Part shown: one piece after another, positions 45,200 through 54,255 of the stretch | Layout: each line of letters starts with the position of its first letter | Position numbering within the stretch: position 1 is the first letter of the stretch | IMG/VR virus record: IMGVR_UViG_3300034389_000010 | Span: 1 to 64,000 of that record | Strand: one strand, 5' to 3' | DNA length: 64,000 nt | Origin: a virus | Notes under the pieces: model-generated | Told to the model about the DNA's origin: nothing | The model's database searches: none | Seen by the model: only the letters and a program-made list of their open reading frames with translations | Translations under genes and position numbers: made by a program

Positions 45200-46132
45200 A
45201 TGAGCGTCTTTGACGGACTGAGTTCGACACTGTCGAGCGCCGCCAAAGGCGCAGGCTCGGTGCTTTCGGGCGCCACCAGTGGCCTGGTACATGACATCGG
45301 CGGCGAGGTCCTGGGATCTGTCGGGGACTCCGGCAGCATCCTGGGCACCCTTGCCGGCGCCCTGGGCGGGGTGTTCGACACCTTCGGCGCCCGCCAGACC
45401 TGGGGCCGCCTCAATCCCAAGTTGCTCGCCCAGCTCTACGCCTGCGACAAGGAGGGCAACATGGTCGAAACCGGCTATGTGGCCGGTCCGATCAGCGACG
45501 ACAACATGGAGATTGGCCTCAACTGGCAGAGCCCGTTCGAGAACTCGGGTCCCGAGACCAAGGTGCCCTCGATCATGGCGCTGCTGCAGAGCGGCCAGGC
45601 GGCCACGGTGATCAACGCCCTGCAGGTGTCCGGCGTGCTCGGTACCAGCGAGGAGCTGAACACCATCGCCGACAACGCCAAGAAAGCAGCCGCTGCCTTG
45701 GAAGGCCGCACCGGCATCACCAAGGTGAACAGCCGGCAGGTATTTTCGGGCATGCCGCCGATCAAGGTGTCGATGACCCTGCACATGCGGGCGCTGGTGG
45801 ATGCGCAGCGCGAGCTGATGGAGCAGTACAACCGCCTGCTGTCCTGGTCCCTGCCCCAGCAGCTGGCCGAGGACAGCTACCTGACCGGCATCATCCGCCA
45901 GGGTGGTGACGTGACGGAAATGGTCAAGGCGCTGTTCCCCTCCGAGGCGCCGCGCATGGTGTCGTTCCACTACGGGCCGCTGGCCTTTCCGCCCATGGTC
46001 ATCGAGCACGTCGGCCACCCGCTGAGCGCGCCGCAGAACAAGGACGGCAACTGGATCCAGCTACCGGTGCAGATCACCCTGGCGACGCTCACAGCGATGG
46101 ACCGGCAGGACCTGGTCTATTTCTTCCGCTGA
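45200..46132 (+). CDS. Tube-fold/baseplate protein (PmgG-like)
   Basis: WQSPFEN, NSRQVF.G.PP; position. Confidence 0.55.
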   Translation: MSVFDGLSSTLSSAAKGAGSVLSGATSGLVHDIGGEVLGSVGDSGSILGTLAGALGGVFDTFGARQTWGRLNPKLLAQLYACDKEGNMVETGYVAGPISDDNMEIGLNWQSPFENSGPETKVPSIMALLQSGQAATVINALQVSGVLGTSEELNTIADNAKKAAAALEGRTGITKVNSRQVFSGMPPIKVSMTLHMRALVDAQRELMEQYNRLLSWSLPQQLAEDSYLTGIIRQGGDVTEMVKALFPSEAPRMVSFHYGPLAFPPMVIEHVGHPLSAPQNKDGNWIQLPVQITLATLTAMDRQDLVYFFR

Positions 46133-46181
46133 TCGAAAGCTACGACGCCGGCACCTGAGCGGGCCGGCGTCGCTGGCATCT

Positions 46182-47162
46182 CTACTTGAACGCCTTTCCC
46201 GCCACCGAGGTGCGTAGGTGCCGCCACAGTGGACGTTCCAGGATGAAATGGAAGGCAACAGCCAGCGCCAGCGCGAGGCCAAAGACCAGCAAGAACTGCC
46301 ACCCCTTCTCCAGGTGCAAAGGCTCGGTGAGCCATATCATCGGGAAATGAAACACAAATAGTCCGTAAGACGTAGCCCCTGCGTATTGCTGCAATGTGTG
46401 CATTGCCGGTGAAAGTCTGGCTTTGCTGGTCAGCAGGATCAGGGGAATGCCCAGTAAGATACCGGCGCTTACTTCCAAGTCAGGCACTTGCCGCGTCCCT
46501 GTGATTAGCAGTGCTGCCACATGCAGCAATGCCAGCACGCAGATGGCAGCCAGTAGGCATCTGCTCGCGAGTGTTCGCCGCTCTATCAAAACGCCGATCA
46601 TGAATACAAAAAGCACACCAAAAAGCAGTCGGTATCCATACCAATCGGCATGCAGCACGCCAATATGCGCGCAAATAAATACGACGAAACTTCCCGCTGC
46701 ACACAGCGCCCCTACCCTGGGGTATGTGAGAAGCAGAGGCATGATCAGATAGAACTGCAATTCGGCCCCTAGCGACCATGCCGGCGGTATCAGCGTGAAT
46801 CTATCAATACCGTTATACATATAGTAGTTAAGAGGTACGATGGTCAGATTGCCTAGCCATGACGCTATGTTGCTGGCCTCTGATAGGTAGTAAGACTTTG
46901 CACCTGATAGCCAAATCCCTGTCGCCACCAGTAGTGCAGCAAAATAAAGTGGATATATCCTTAATAGCCTGTCGGTATAAAACCACTTTATAGATGGTAG
47001 CAGGTCAGCGTGGGGGCGTTTCGCCCACAACTTCGTTACTACATGACCAGCCAGCATATAGAAAATTATGACTGCCCATACCCCGACGTTGTAACCCAGC
47101 GGCTCAATGCCTACATGGCTGACCACCACCAGGGTGGCGAGAAGAAAACGTAGAAACCCCAT
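46182..47162 (-). CDS. Acyltransferase-3 (OafA/Oac-like) O-acyltransferase moron
   Basis: LRF.LA..VV.SH, AV.IFY.LAG, R.LRIYP, PAWSLG.ELQFY, SYG.F.FH.P; multi-TM; low GC; opposite strand. Confidence 0.9.
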   Translation of the reverse strand: MGFLRFLLATLVVVSHVGIEPLGYNVGVWAVIIFYMLAGHVVTKLWAKRPHADLLPSIKWFYTDRLLRIYPLYFAALLVATGIWLSGAKSYYLSEASNIASWLGNLTIVPLNYYMYNGIDRFTLIPPAWSLGAELQFYLIMPLLLTYPRVGALCAAGSFVVFICAHIGVLHADWYGYRLLFGVLFVFMIGVLIERRTLASRCLLAAICVLALLHVAALLITGTRQVPDLEVSAGILLGIPLILLTSKARLSPAMHTLQQYAGATSYGLFVFHFPMIWLTEPLHLEKGWQFLLVFGLALALAVAFHFILERPLWRHLRTSVAGKAFK

Positions 47163-47243
47163 TTCGTTGCAGTGCCTTGTCCTAAAGGCGCGAATACTAA
47201 CGTGGCACAGCCTTGCCTGTACCAAATGAGGCTGTGTTCCTTT

Positions 47244-47285
47244 CGGAAAGTCTCCCCGAGAGGCCCCAGGCCTGCGCCCCACACT
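47244..47285 (+). promoter_or_regulatory. Late-promoter element CGGAAAG-N29-CACACT
   Basis: Upstream of tube operon. Confidence 0.8.
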
Positions 47286-47314
47286 CTGCCCATTACTCGC
47301 ATTGGGAGAGCCCC

Positions 47315-47788
47315 ATGACTGTATCCACCGAGGCCTACATGGCCCAAATGATCAACGAAACCCTCGCCCTGGGCGACAAGACCCTCAGTTCCGACGCGCA
47401 CTTCGTGATCGACGGTTTCGAGAACCTGACCGTGCTGGCCAAGCAGTTTCCCTGGCCCGTGCTGACCCCCGAGGGCGAGATCGAAACCCCCGCCCCCATG
47501 GGCATCAAGATCGGCCAGCCGCAGCAGATCAATGCGTTCCAGCGCAGCCCGATCGCCTTCATGGAAACCCGCGCGGGCCACATCGAAAAGATGATCCGCG
47601 AGATCAACGAGAAGGGCGGCCGCTTCAATGCCCGGATCTACGAAGGCACCCGCGAAAACCCGCTGCGCACCGCGCGGATCTTCAACTGCTGGGTGCAGAT
47701 GGAGCCGATCGATCGCGACATCGAGAACCGCGCGCAGATCGTGCTGTGGTCCGGCACCCTCTTCTACCACTACACCGGCGAGGCCTAA
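47315..47788 (+). CDS. Tail tube protein (P1 BplB-like)
   Basis: 157 aa beta-rich tube-like pattern, strong codon bias. Confidence 0.6.
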   Translation: MTVSTEAYMAQMINETLALGDKTLSSDAHFVIDGFENLTVLAKQFPWPVLTPEGEIETPAPMGIKIGQPQQINAFQRSPIAFMETRAGHIEKMIREINEKGGRFNARIYEGTRENPLRTARIFNCWVQMEPIDRDIENRAQIVLWSGTLFYHYTGEA

Positions 47789-47791
47789 GCC

Positions 47792-48337
47792 ATGCGCTGC
47801 TCGGTGCTGCTGGCCAGTTACGTCGCCGTCCGCCCGCTCGGCATCATCCTTGAGGATGACCAGCTGGCGCGCAGCCTGAAACGGTCCATCCGGTTCTATT
47901 GCGGCTATGCCACGCTGACCCATGCGCCGAGCGCCTTCGAGATCCTGCTGCAGGACGCCGAGGCGGCGCGCATCGCGGCCGAGCGCCAGCAGATCGACCT
48001 GCTGGGTATCGGCGGCGTGCTCACGCCCTGGGAACGCGCCGCGCTGCCGAAGGTGCCGCTGTACGCCCCGCGCGGGGTGGACGTGCATTCCCCGGTCGAT
48101 GCCAGCAACGGCTTCATCGGCGACCAGGACTTCGACCTGACGCCGAGCGAATACGCACTGATCTGGCCGCTGTTCGAGCTGTATGTGGAGTTGGAGAACG
48201 CCGAGGCCCTGGAAGCCTCGCGCGCCAGCGGCATGGACGGCTGGGGCCGCAGCACCGACACCATCCGCGCCGAGATCGAGCAGACCGAGGAGCGGATGAG
48301 CAAGGCCGCCTTCGAGTTCGAGTGCATCACCCTATGA
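47792..48337 (+). CDS. Head-tail adaptor-like protein (PmgC-like)
   Basis: FYCGYA, EYALI.PLF.LY.E.E.A..LEASR. Confidence 0.5.
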   Translation: MRCSVLLASYVAVRPLGIILEDDQLARSLKRSIRFYCGYATLTHAPSAFEILLQDAEAARIAAERQQIDLLGIGGVLTPWERAALPKVPLYAPRGVDVHSPVDASNGFIGDQDFDLTPSEYALIWPLFELYVELENAEALEASRASGMDGWGRSTDTIRAEIEQTEERMSKAAFEFECITL

Positions 48338-49008
48338 GCGTGTTCGATCGCATCGCCAACCAGGTCGGACAGAACTACCTGTCCGCCCTGGGCCAGGCCT
48401 CCCCGCTGATCAAGTTCGGTACCGACCTGCTGAGCCAAAAGCTCACCAGCCGGGTCAAGCTCGGCAAGCGGGCGCTATTCGGCGGCCTGTCGGAGAGCAA
48501 CTGGCGCGGGATGATCGAGGACTTCATTTCGATCGACCGCAGCAAGGCCAACCTCTTCCACTTCAACGCCACCAACCTGCAGACCGGCACCGCGCCGGAT
48601 CTGAATATGTTCGTGATCGGCTTCCAGGCCTCGCCCATGACGGTGCGCGGCGAGTCGGTACCGATCGGCGCCAGCTTCTACGACAAGGTCGAGGGGATGG
48701 ACGCCGTCCAGCTGCGCGTCACCACCATGGACGACGCCGGCGGCTCGGTGAAGACCTGGTTCAAGAACATGCACCGGGCGATGGCCCCCGGCGACGGCAC
48801 GGTCGGCATGCCGCTGTCCTACCTGGTCCGGATCACCATCACCCACGCCTTCCCCAGCCAGAAGTCGGACGGCGCCGGCGGCGCCTTCGTCGATAGCTGG
48901 GTCATGCGCCCCGGCTCGATCGAGTACGAGGGCGATCGCCGCAATGACGGCCTGCAGGAGCTGCAGCTGTCGTTCGTTCAATTCGACGGTTTTTCCAACC
49001 TGATCTAG
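48334..49008 (+). CDS. Tube initiator-like protein (P1 Tub-like)
   Basis: T.DD..G...WF......DGT...P..Y tube fold pattern. Confidence 0.55.
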   Translation: MSVFDRIANQVGQNYLSALGQASPLIKFGTDLLSQKLTSRVKLGKRALFGGLSESNWRGMIEDFISIDRSKANLFHFNATNLQTGTAPDLNMFVIGFQASPMTVRGESVPIGASFYDKVEGMDAVQLRVTTMDDAGGSVKTWFKNMHRAMAPGDGTVGMPLSYLVRITITHAFPSQKSDGAGGAFVDSWVMRPGSIEYEGDRRNDGLQELQLSFVQFDGFSNLI

Positions 49009-49015
49009 GTGGTTC

Positions 49016-49801
49016 ATGCGCCATATCGCCCCGTACCGCACGCCCCGCATCGGCGTGGATCTCAAAGAGCTGACCTTGGGCGCCGCCATCGTGCTGACCG
49101 CCCGGCCCTTTACCACCTACGAGGCCAACCAGGGCGCGTGCCTGGCGGCGATCGTGGAGCGCCACGAGGATCGGGATGGCCAGGTGACCGATCTGCGTCT
49201 GTGGACCGTCCAGGAGCGGCACGCGGTGATCTCGCACTACCTGGCGCACACCTTCGACAGCTTCGACTTCCCGGTCGGCGAGAATGCCCGCTTCTCGAAC
49301 TACCTGCTGATGGAGCGGCCCATGGCCGAGCCGGTCGCGCTGGGGCCGATCGCCGATGACGAGTGGACCCTGCTGCCGCTGCTGGGCCTCTACGCCGAGT
49401 CGATCGAGCGCCTGATGGCCCAGCAGCGCATCCCCGCAAAGCGCCACGGCTGGGTGATCGCCTGCATGGCCGCGCAGATGCGTTCCACCGACGCCCGCGA
49501 GTCCGAGTTCCTGGCCAAGTGCAACCTGCCCAATGCCGCGCACCAGGACCTGCCCGAGGCCCTGGTGGACGACTGGCTGGAGCGCCGCGTGCAGATGCTG
49601 CTCAACACCGCCGAAAGCGACTTCGCCGACCTGATGGGCGCCTACCTTGCCGGCTTCGAGCAGCAACAGCACCTGGTGCGCATGGCGCATCACGACGATG
49701 GCCTGGTACTGGTCGGGGAGGCGCCGGGGCTGCCCCCGGCCCGATTTCCAGTTTCCGACCTGTTTGGACGCCAAACGCAACGACTTCTTGGTATCGCTTG
49801 A
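49016..49801 (+). CDS. Tail assembly protein (PmgB-like)
   Basis: WTVQER....HYL; context. Confidence 0.5.
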   Translation: MRHIAPYRTPRIGVDLKELTLGAAIVLTARPFTTYEANQGACLAAIVERHEDRDGQVTDLRLWTVQERHAVISHYLAHTFDSFDFPVGENARFSNYLLMERPMAEPVALGPIADDEWTLLPLLGLYAESIERLMAQQRIPAKRHGWVIACMAAQMRSTDARESEFLAKCNLPNAAHQDLPEALVDDWLERRVQMLLNTAESDFADLMGAYLAGFEQQQHLVRMAHHDDGLVLVGEAPGLPPARFPVSDLFGRQTQRLLGIA

Positions 49802-49820
49802 GAACCGGCGCAACGAGCTG

Positions 49821-50021
49821 ATGCTGCACTTCGGCCAGCCCTTCGGCCACGCCGGCCAGATCCCGCTGAGCGCGGCCGATCGCATGATCGAGTCCAAGGC
49901 CTTCGAGCTGTGGCGCAAGATGGACGAGAACAAGGACGAGCTGATGATTCACCTGATGAAGCGGGTGGACACCGTCACCAAGGCCGTCGTCAGCCTGGGC
50001 AATGCCCTGGCCAGCCGGTAG
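49821..50021 (+). CDS. Small protein, possible second part of tail assembly chaperone
   Basis: Good codon use; frame open from 49647. Confidence 0.45.
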   Translation: MLHFGQPFGHAGQIPLSAADRMIESKAFELWRKMDENKDELMIHLMKRVDTVTKAVVSLGNALASR

Positions 50022-50034
50022 CGCTTAGCGCAAT

Positions 50035-50076
50035 CGGAAAGCCCCCGGTGGGGCGCTGCTCCGGCGCCCCCACACT
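50035..50076 (+). promoter_or_regulatory. Late-promoter element CGGAAAG-N29-CACACT
   Basis: Upstream of lysis cassette. Confidence 0.8.
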
Positions 50077-50105
50077 CTGGCCATCACCTGACGCCGGAGT
50101 CTTCC

Positions 50106-50420
50106 ATGACCCCCAACACTCACACCCGCCTCAAGTCCCTGTTCGACAAGGGTGCCTGGCTGCTCATGCTGCCCGCTGCCCTGCTGCTGTTCTTCATCGA
50201 CCCCGCCATGCTCCTGACCATCCTGCAGTGGCTGCTGGTGGGCCTGGTCATCGCCGGCGTGACCATCATCGTCAGCCGCATCATGTTCCCGCAGGTCAGC
50301 ATGCCCTGGCTGGTGGCCGAGATCGCCAAGGGCAACATAGCCGCAGGCCTCACGGCCGCCGCGCTGATCCTGTTCGTGGGCATCATCTTCCTGGGGCTGG
50401 TGCTATGGGCCAAAGCATGA
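50106..50420 (+). CDS. Putative holin
   Basis: 104 aa, three hydrophobic segments, precedes endolysin. Confidence 0.7.
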   Translation: MTPNTHTRLKSLFDKGAWLLMLPAALLLFFIDPAMLLTILQWLLVGLVIAGVTIIVSRIMFPQVSMPWLVAEIAKGNIAAGLTAAALILFVGIIFLGLVLWAKA

Positions 50421-51181
50421 CGGGCGTGGGCGCTGGCAGCGCCCTGGTACGCGGCCTGCTCGCCCTGCTGGTGGCCATCTTCCTCGCCGCCATGGTGGCG
50501 ATCGGCCTGACCCTGCCGGGCTCGGCCTTCGCCGCCGAGGTGCCGGCCGCCGCCAAGCCGCTGCTGCCGATCCTGGCGCAGCAGCAGCGCACCACCTGGC
50601 CGGACCTGGTGGCGCCCGAGTTCCTGGCCGGGCAGATCGAGCAGGAGTCCTGCCTGTCGCTGACCCACTCCAAGTGCTGGAACCCGCGCGCCGAGCTGAA
50701 AACCAAGCGCGAGAACGGCATCGGCCTGGGCCAGTTCACCCGCGCCTATAGGGCTGATGGCTCGATCCGCTTCGACAAGATCGGCGAGCTGGCGGCCGCC
50801 TACCCCTCCCTCAAGGGCTGGGGCTGGGCGAACCGCTACGACGCCCGGTACCAGCTGACCGCCCTGGTGGAAATGGATCACGGCCTGTACCGCCAGGTGC
50901 GCGACGCGGCGACCGAGCGCGATCGCAAGGCCTTCACCCTGTCGGGCTACAACGGCGGCGCCGGCGGCGTGCTGCAGGACCGGCGCCTGTGCGGAAACAC
51001 CCGAGGCTGTGACCCTGGGCGCTGGGCGGGCCACGTCGAGCGCACCAGCCTCAAGTCCCGCGTGCCGGTACCGGGCTACAAGCAGTCCTTTTTCGCGATC
51101 AATCGCGAGTACGTCCACAACATCCTGGACGTGCGCAGCGCTAAGTACCGCGCCTATTTCGTGGAGCCTCCCCATGGGTGA
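50417..51181 (+). CDS. Endolysin, lytic transglycosylase with N-terminal signal/SAR segment
   Basis: QIEQES..WNP.A, GLGQF, YNGG.G, NREYV; hydrophobic N-terminus ending AFA. Confidence 0.85.
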   Translation: MTGVGAGSALVRGLLALLVAIFLAAMVAIGLTLPGSAFAAEVPAAAKPLLPILAQQQRTTWPDLVAPEFLAGQIEQESCLSLTHSKCWNPRAELKTKRENGIGLGQFTRAYRADGSIRFDKIGELAAAYPSLKGWGWANRYDARYQLTALVEMDHGLYRQVRDAATERDRKAFTLSGYNGGAGGVLQDRRLCGNTRGCDPGRWAGHVERTSLKSRVPVPGYKQSFFAINREYVHNILDVRSAKYRAYFVEPPHG

Positions 51182-51386
51182 TGACAACAAGATCCCCGAG
51201 GTTCGTTTGGCGCTGCTGGAGCATCGCCTGGGGAAAATTGAGGAAGACATCAAGGGACTGCCAGAGAAATTCGCCTCGATAAAGGAATTTCTGATCGTCC
51301 GAAACCTGGTGTTCACCGGGGTCGGGTCCGTTCTTCTGTCCGTCCTGGGCGGCCTGCTCGCCCTGGTGAAGAGTCTCCCATCATGA
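51174..51386 (+). CDS. Small coiled-coil plus C-terminal TM protein
   Basis: Sequence pattern. Confidence 0.55.
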   Translation: MGDDNKIPEVRLALLEHRLGKIEEDIKGLPEKFASIKEFLIVRNLVFTGVGSVLLSVLGGLLALVKSLPS

Positions 51387-51856
51387 AAAACCTACTCAAC
51401 AAGCACGTTCCGCCCCACATTTTCTGGCCGTCCTTTCTGCTGCTGATCTTTGGCGGCATGGCGGGCGCGATCCTGAGCATCATGGTGGTGGGCAGTAATC
51501 CGTTCCAGGTGACGAACCTGGGCACGATCAACGTCGCCGGCGAGGCGCAGACCCAGTTCCATCCCGGCGACGTCGTGGTGGTCCGCCGGCAGGTCTGCAC
51601 CGACAAGGGCGTCACCCTGACGTTCTATCCGGGGATGCGCAGCGGCCAGGGCGTGCTGTTCGCGCTGCCCGTGGGCGCCTCCCGCTTCGCCCAGGGCTGT
51701 CGCGAGACGCTGTATGGCTTCGTGCTGCCCGCGCAGATCCTGCCCGGCACCTACACCTACCAGAACCTGGTCCAGTACCAGACCAACTGGATCGGCCGGG
51801 ATGAGGCAAACGTCTACCCGCCCCTGACCTTCGAGGTGGTGGCCAATGATCACTGA
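51383..51856 (+). CDS. Membrane-anchored periplasmic protein
   Basis: N-terminal TM, two Cys, beta domain. Confidence 0.6.
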   Translation: MKNLLNKHVPPHIFWPSFLLLIFGGMAGAILSIMVVGSNPFQVTNLGTINVAGEAQTQFHPGDVVVVRRQVCTDKGVTLTFYPGMRSGQGVLFALPVGASRFAQGCRETLYGFVLPAQILPGTYTYQNLVQYQTNWIGRDEANVYPPLTFEVVANDH

Positions 51857-52259
51857 CACCCTGATGAAACCCCTGTACGTCGCCCTCGCCCTGCTGGCGG
51901 CGCTGGGCTTCGGCGTCGGGACCTACGTCGTGGTCGGCTGGCAGATGGAGAACACCTATCTGCACCAGCTCAACGACAGCAAGACCACCATCATCAACCA
52001 GAACACCAGCATTCTGACCCTAACGCAGAATCAGACGACACTGCAGGCGGCGATCCAGCGGCAGAATCAGGCGGTGGAGCTGGCCGAGGAGCGCACCCGG
52101 CACGCCGAGCAGCAGCAGGCCCTGGCCAAGGCGGCGCTGGCCAGCCAGGCCAAGCAGAGCGATGCACGCATTGTCGGCCTGCAGAAGGATCTGGCGAACG
52201 TCCAGGTGACGCTGGCCACCCTGCTGCGCAAGAACTGGGAGGCGAGCCGCCATGAGTGA
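51846..52259 (+). CDS. i-spanin (Rz-like)
   Basis: N-terminal TM and coiled coil. Confidence 0.75.
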   Translation: MITDTLMKPLYVALALLAALGFGVGTYVVVGWQMENTYLHQLNDSKTTIINQNTSILTLTQNQTTLQAAIQRQNQAVELAEERTRHAEQQQALAKAALASQAKQSDARIVGLQKDLANVQVTLATLLRKNWEASRHE

Positions 52260-52575
52260 TCTTGCGAAGTTGTTGCTGCTGTTCCTGTTCGTGCTGGCGC
52301 TGTCGGCCTGCGGATCCTCGCCCACGGCCCCGCTGGTGCCCAAGATCGAGACGGTCGAGGTCAAGGTGCCGGTTTCCACGCCGTGCATCGTCGAGGCCCC
52401 CGCCCGGCCGTTGTACGCCTGGGGCAAGGGCGACTATCCAGGCGACAAGGCCGCCGTGGGCATCCTGCTGATCGACCATGAGCGGTCCGTGCAGTACGGC
52501 AAGGCCTGGGAGGCGGCCAGCACGGGGTGCGTCCGGAGCGTTTCGGAAAGTGCCAGCGTAACGCCATCACCCTGA
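52252..52575 (+). CDS. o-spanin lipoprotein (Rz1-like)
   Basis: Lipobox LSAC, Pro-rich VEVKVPV..PC. Confidence 0.8.
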   Translation: MSDLAKLLLLFLFVLALSACGSSPTAPLVPKIETVEVKVPVSTPCIVEAPARPLYAWGKGDYPGDKAAVGILLIDHERSVQYGKAWEAASTGCVRSVSESASVTPSP

Positions 52576-52585
52576 GCCCTACCCT
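52544..52585 (+). promoter_or_regulatory. Late-promoter element CGGAAAG-N29-TACCCT
   Basis: Motif and spacing. Confidence 0.75.
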
Positions 52586-52619
52586 AGCGGCATCACTCCC
52601 CTGCCCCGCCGGTGCCGCT

Positions 52620-52955
52620 ATGATCTCCCCCGCCTACGCTCTGCTACCCCTGATCGCTATCCTGGCCCTGCTGCTGTGGCTGCAGATGCGTCGCGGTGAT
52701 CGCCTGGTGCAGGAGAACCATCGTCATCAGTTCGAGGTGATGAGCGCGACTGAGGAGGCCTTGCGCTGGCGCCAGCTGGCCGAACGGGCCATCGGCACAA
52801 CCTCCGAAATGGCAGGCACCGCCGCCGAGGGCAACCTGGATCCCGGCCTGCTGATCCAAGCTGCTGGTGCGCTCCAGCGCGCTCACCGCCTGGTCGCAAG
52901 CCCCGTGGCTGATGAGGGCATGGGTAATGACCACGCAGCATTGAGCGTGGCGTAG
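52620..52955 (+). CDS. Membrane-anchored hypothetical late protein
   Basis: N-terminal TM. Confidence 0.5.
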   Translation: MISPAYALLPLIAILALLLWLQMRRGDRLVQENHRHQFEVMSATEEALRWRQLAERAIGTTSEMAGTAAEGNLDPGLLIQAAGALQRAHRLVASPVADEGMGNDHAALSVA

Positions 52956-52964
52956 GAGTCAGGA

Positions 52965-53135
52965 CGTCATGGCCACGGCCTCATGGTCGTGAGGTCCTGG
53001 CCATTCCCTCACGCCAATTAGCTATTTCCTATTTCTTCATGGGAATTAGGGAATAGCCATTTCCTGACACCTCATGGGTCACGGCTCATGCCCGTGGCGC
53101 CATGGTTATGATGTCCTGCCTACTGGCCGGCATGA
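52965..53135. repeat. Degenerate CATGG/CCATG and AATTAG/CCTAT array
   Basis: Non-coding, lower GC, dense short motifs. Confidence 0.5.
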
Positions 53136-53235
53136 TCTGAAAGACACAGAAGACAGTCTTGACAGCCCCTCCCTTGCTGGTCGGCAGCTCCCTGGGCGGC
53201 TACATTGGTCGCCTCGAAGTGGAAGGCGTGCGGTG

Positions 53236-53775
53236 ATGGGTAGTCGAGACCGAGGCAACAGCCTCAAGTATTCTGTTTGGAAGAGCACGGCGCGCAGCCT
53301 CGGCGAGGATGCGGCCCGAGCCAGGCCCGAGGTTCTAAAGCGCGGCCTGTCGCCGGAGCTGGTCCGCTTCGATACGATCGATGCCGTCGCAATAGACGCC
53401 TATGGCGAGTGGCCGAGCCCAGTCGCTGGTTACCCCTGGGAGAGCGTTCACGACTGGAAGCAAGACGACGTCAAGGGGCTGGATCTATCGCTCTGGTACG
53501 ACGCCCAGCTATGCGGTATGTGCTACGCCACGCCTCGCGGCAGCAGACTGACCATCACCATCATTCTCCTGGAGCGCTCAGCGGGGCCGGGTAATCCACT
53601 CCAAGGCCTGGTGATGGCCATGATGGTGTTCACCATCATCACCTATGCCGAGATCATTAAGTGCCTGGAGATCGAGGTAGAGAAACCAGATCCAGGGGCG
53701 GTGAAGCATTACCGCGATCAGGGTTTCGAGTTCAAAGGTACCGGCAAGCAGGCGCGGCTTGTCTTGGAGGTCTAG
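53236..53775 (+). CDS. GNAT-like acetyltransferase
   Basis: LE....NPLQG and P...AV.HY...GF GNAT-like motifs. Confidence 0.6.
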   Translation: MGSRDRGNSLKYSVWKSTARSLGEDAARARPEVLKRGLSPELVRFDTIDAVAIDAYGEWPSPVAGYPWESVHDWKQDDVKGLDLSLWYDAQLCGMCYATPRGSRLTITIILLERSAGPGNPLQGLVMAMMVFTIITYAEIIKCLEIEVEKPDPGAVKHYRDQGFEFKGTGKQARLVLEV

Positions 53776-53820
53776 CAGGGGTAGTGTGGCAGTATACGAT
53801 TCGTATACTCCGAGACCGAA

Positions 53821-54012
53821 ATGGCGCAGCCTAAGCGCAAGCCCAAGACCAACCTGGTGACTCTGTATCGCGCAGAGGCACTTAGTCGCGTCTCGAAAAC
53901 GTCCAAGGCCAAGCAGCGCATCCAGTCGCTCGAACTGGACGAGAACTCGGATCCGGACGGCCCAATGGCTGGCCCCTCGCTCTCCGCGCGCTCACCTCGC
54001 ACCCGCCGCTGA
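53821..54012 (+). CDS. Small basic protein
   Basis: 63-aa ORF after GNAT gene. Confidence 0.4.
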   Translation: MAQPKRKPKTNLVTLYRAEALSRVSKTSKAKQRIQSLELDENSDPDGPMAGPSLSARSPRTRR

Positions 54013-54044
54013 TCCCGACTCAGTCATTCTGCTGCACCCGCCTG

Positions 54045-54255
54045 CATTGCCCAGGCCTTCATGCGTCACGCCTATTCGCTACCGCCTAATACAACATGGC
54101 CCATGGGGATTACCCCACGGGCCATGCCTATTTTCCGGGCTGCAATGGCTACTGCTCAATCTGAATTAGGAATTATCCATTGGGTAATTCGTCATGCGCA
54201 TGGCGGCGTGCCTATTTGCCGATGCCTAATGGGGATTTCGGAATGCCTATTAGGC
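54045..54255. repeat. Second degenerate CATG/GCCTA(A/T)T array
   Basis: Same motifs as 52965-53135 and par upstream region. Confidence 0.5.
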
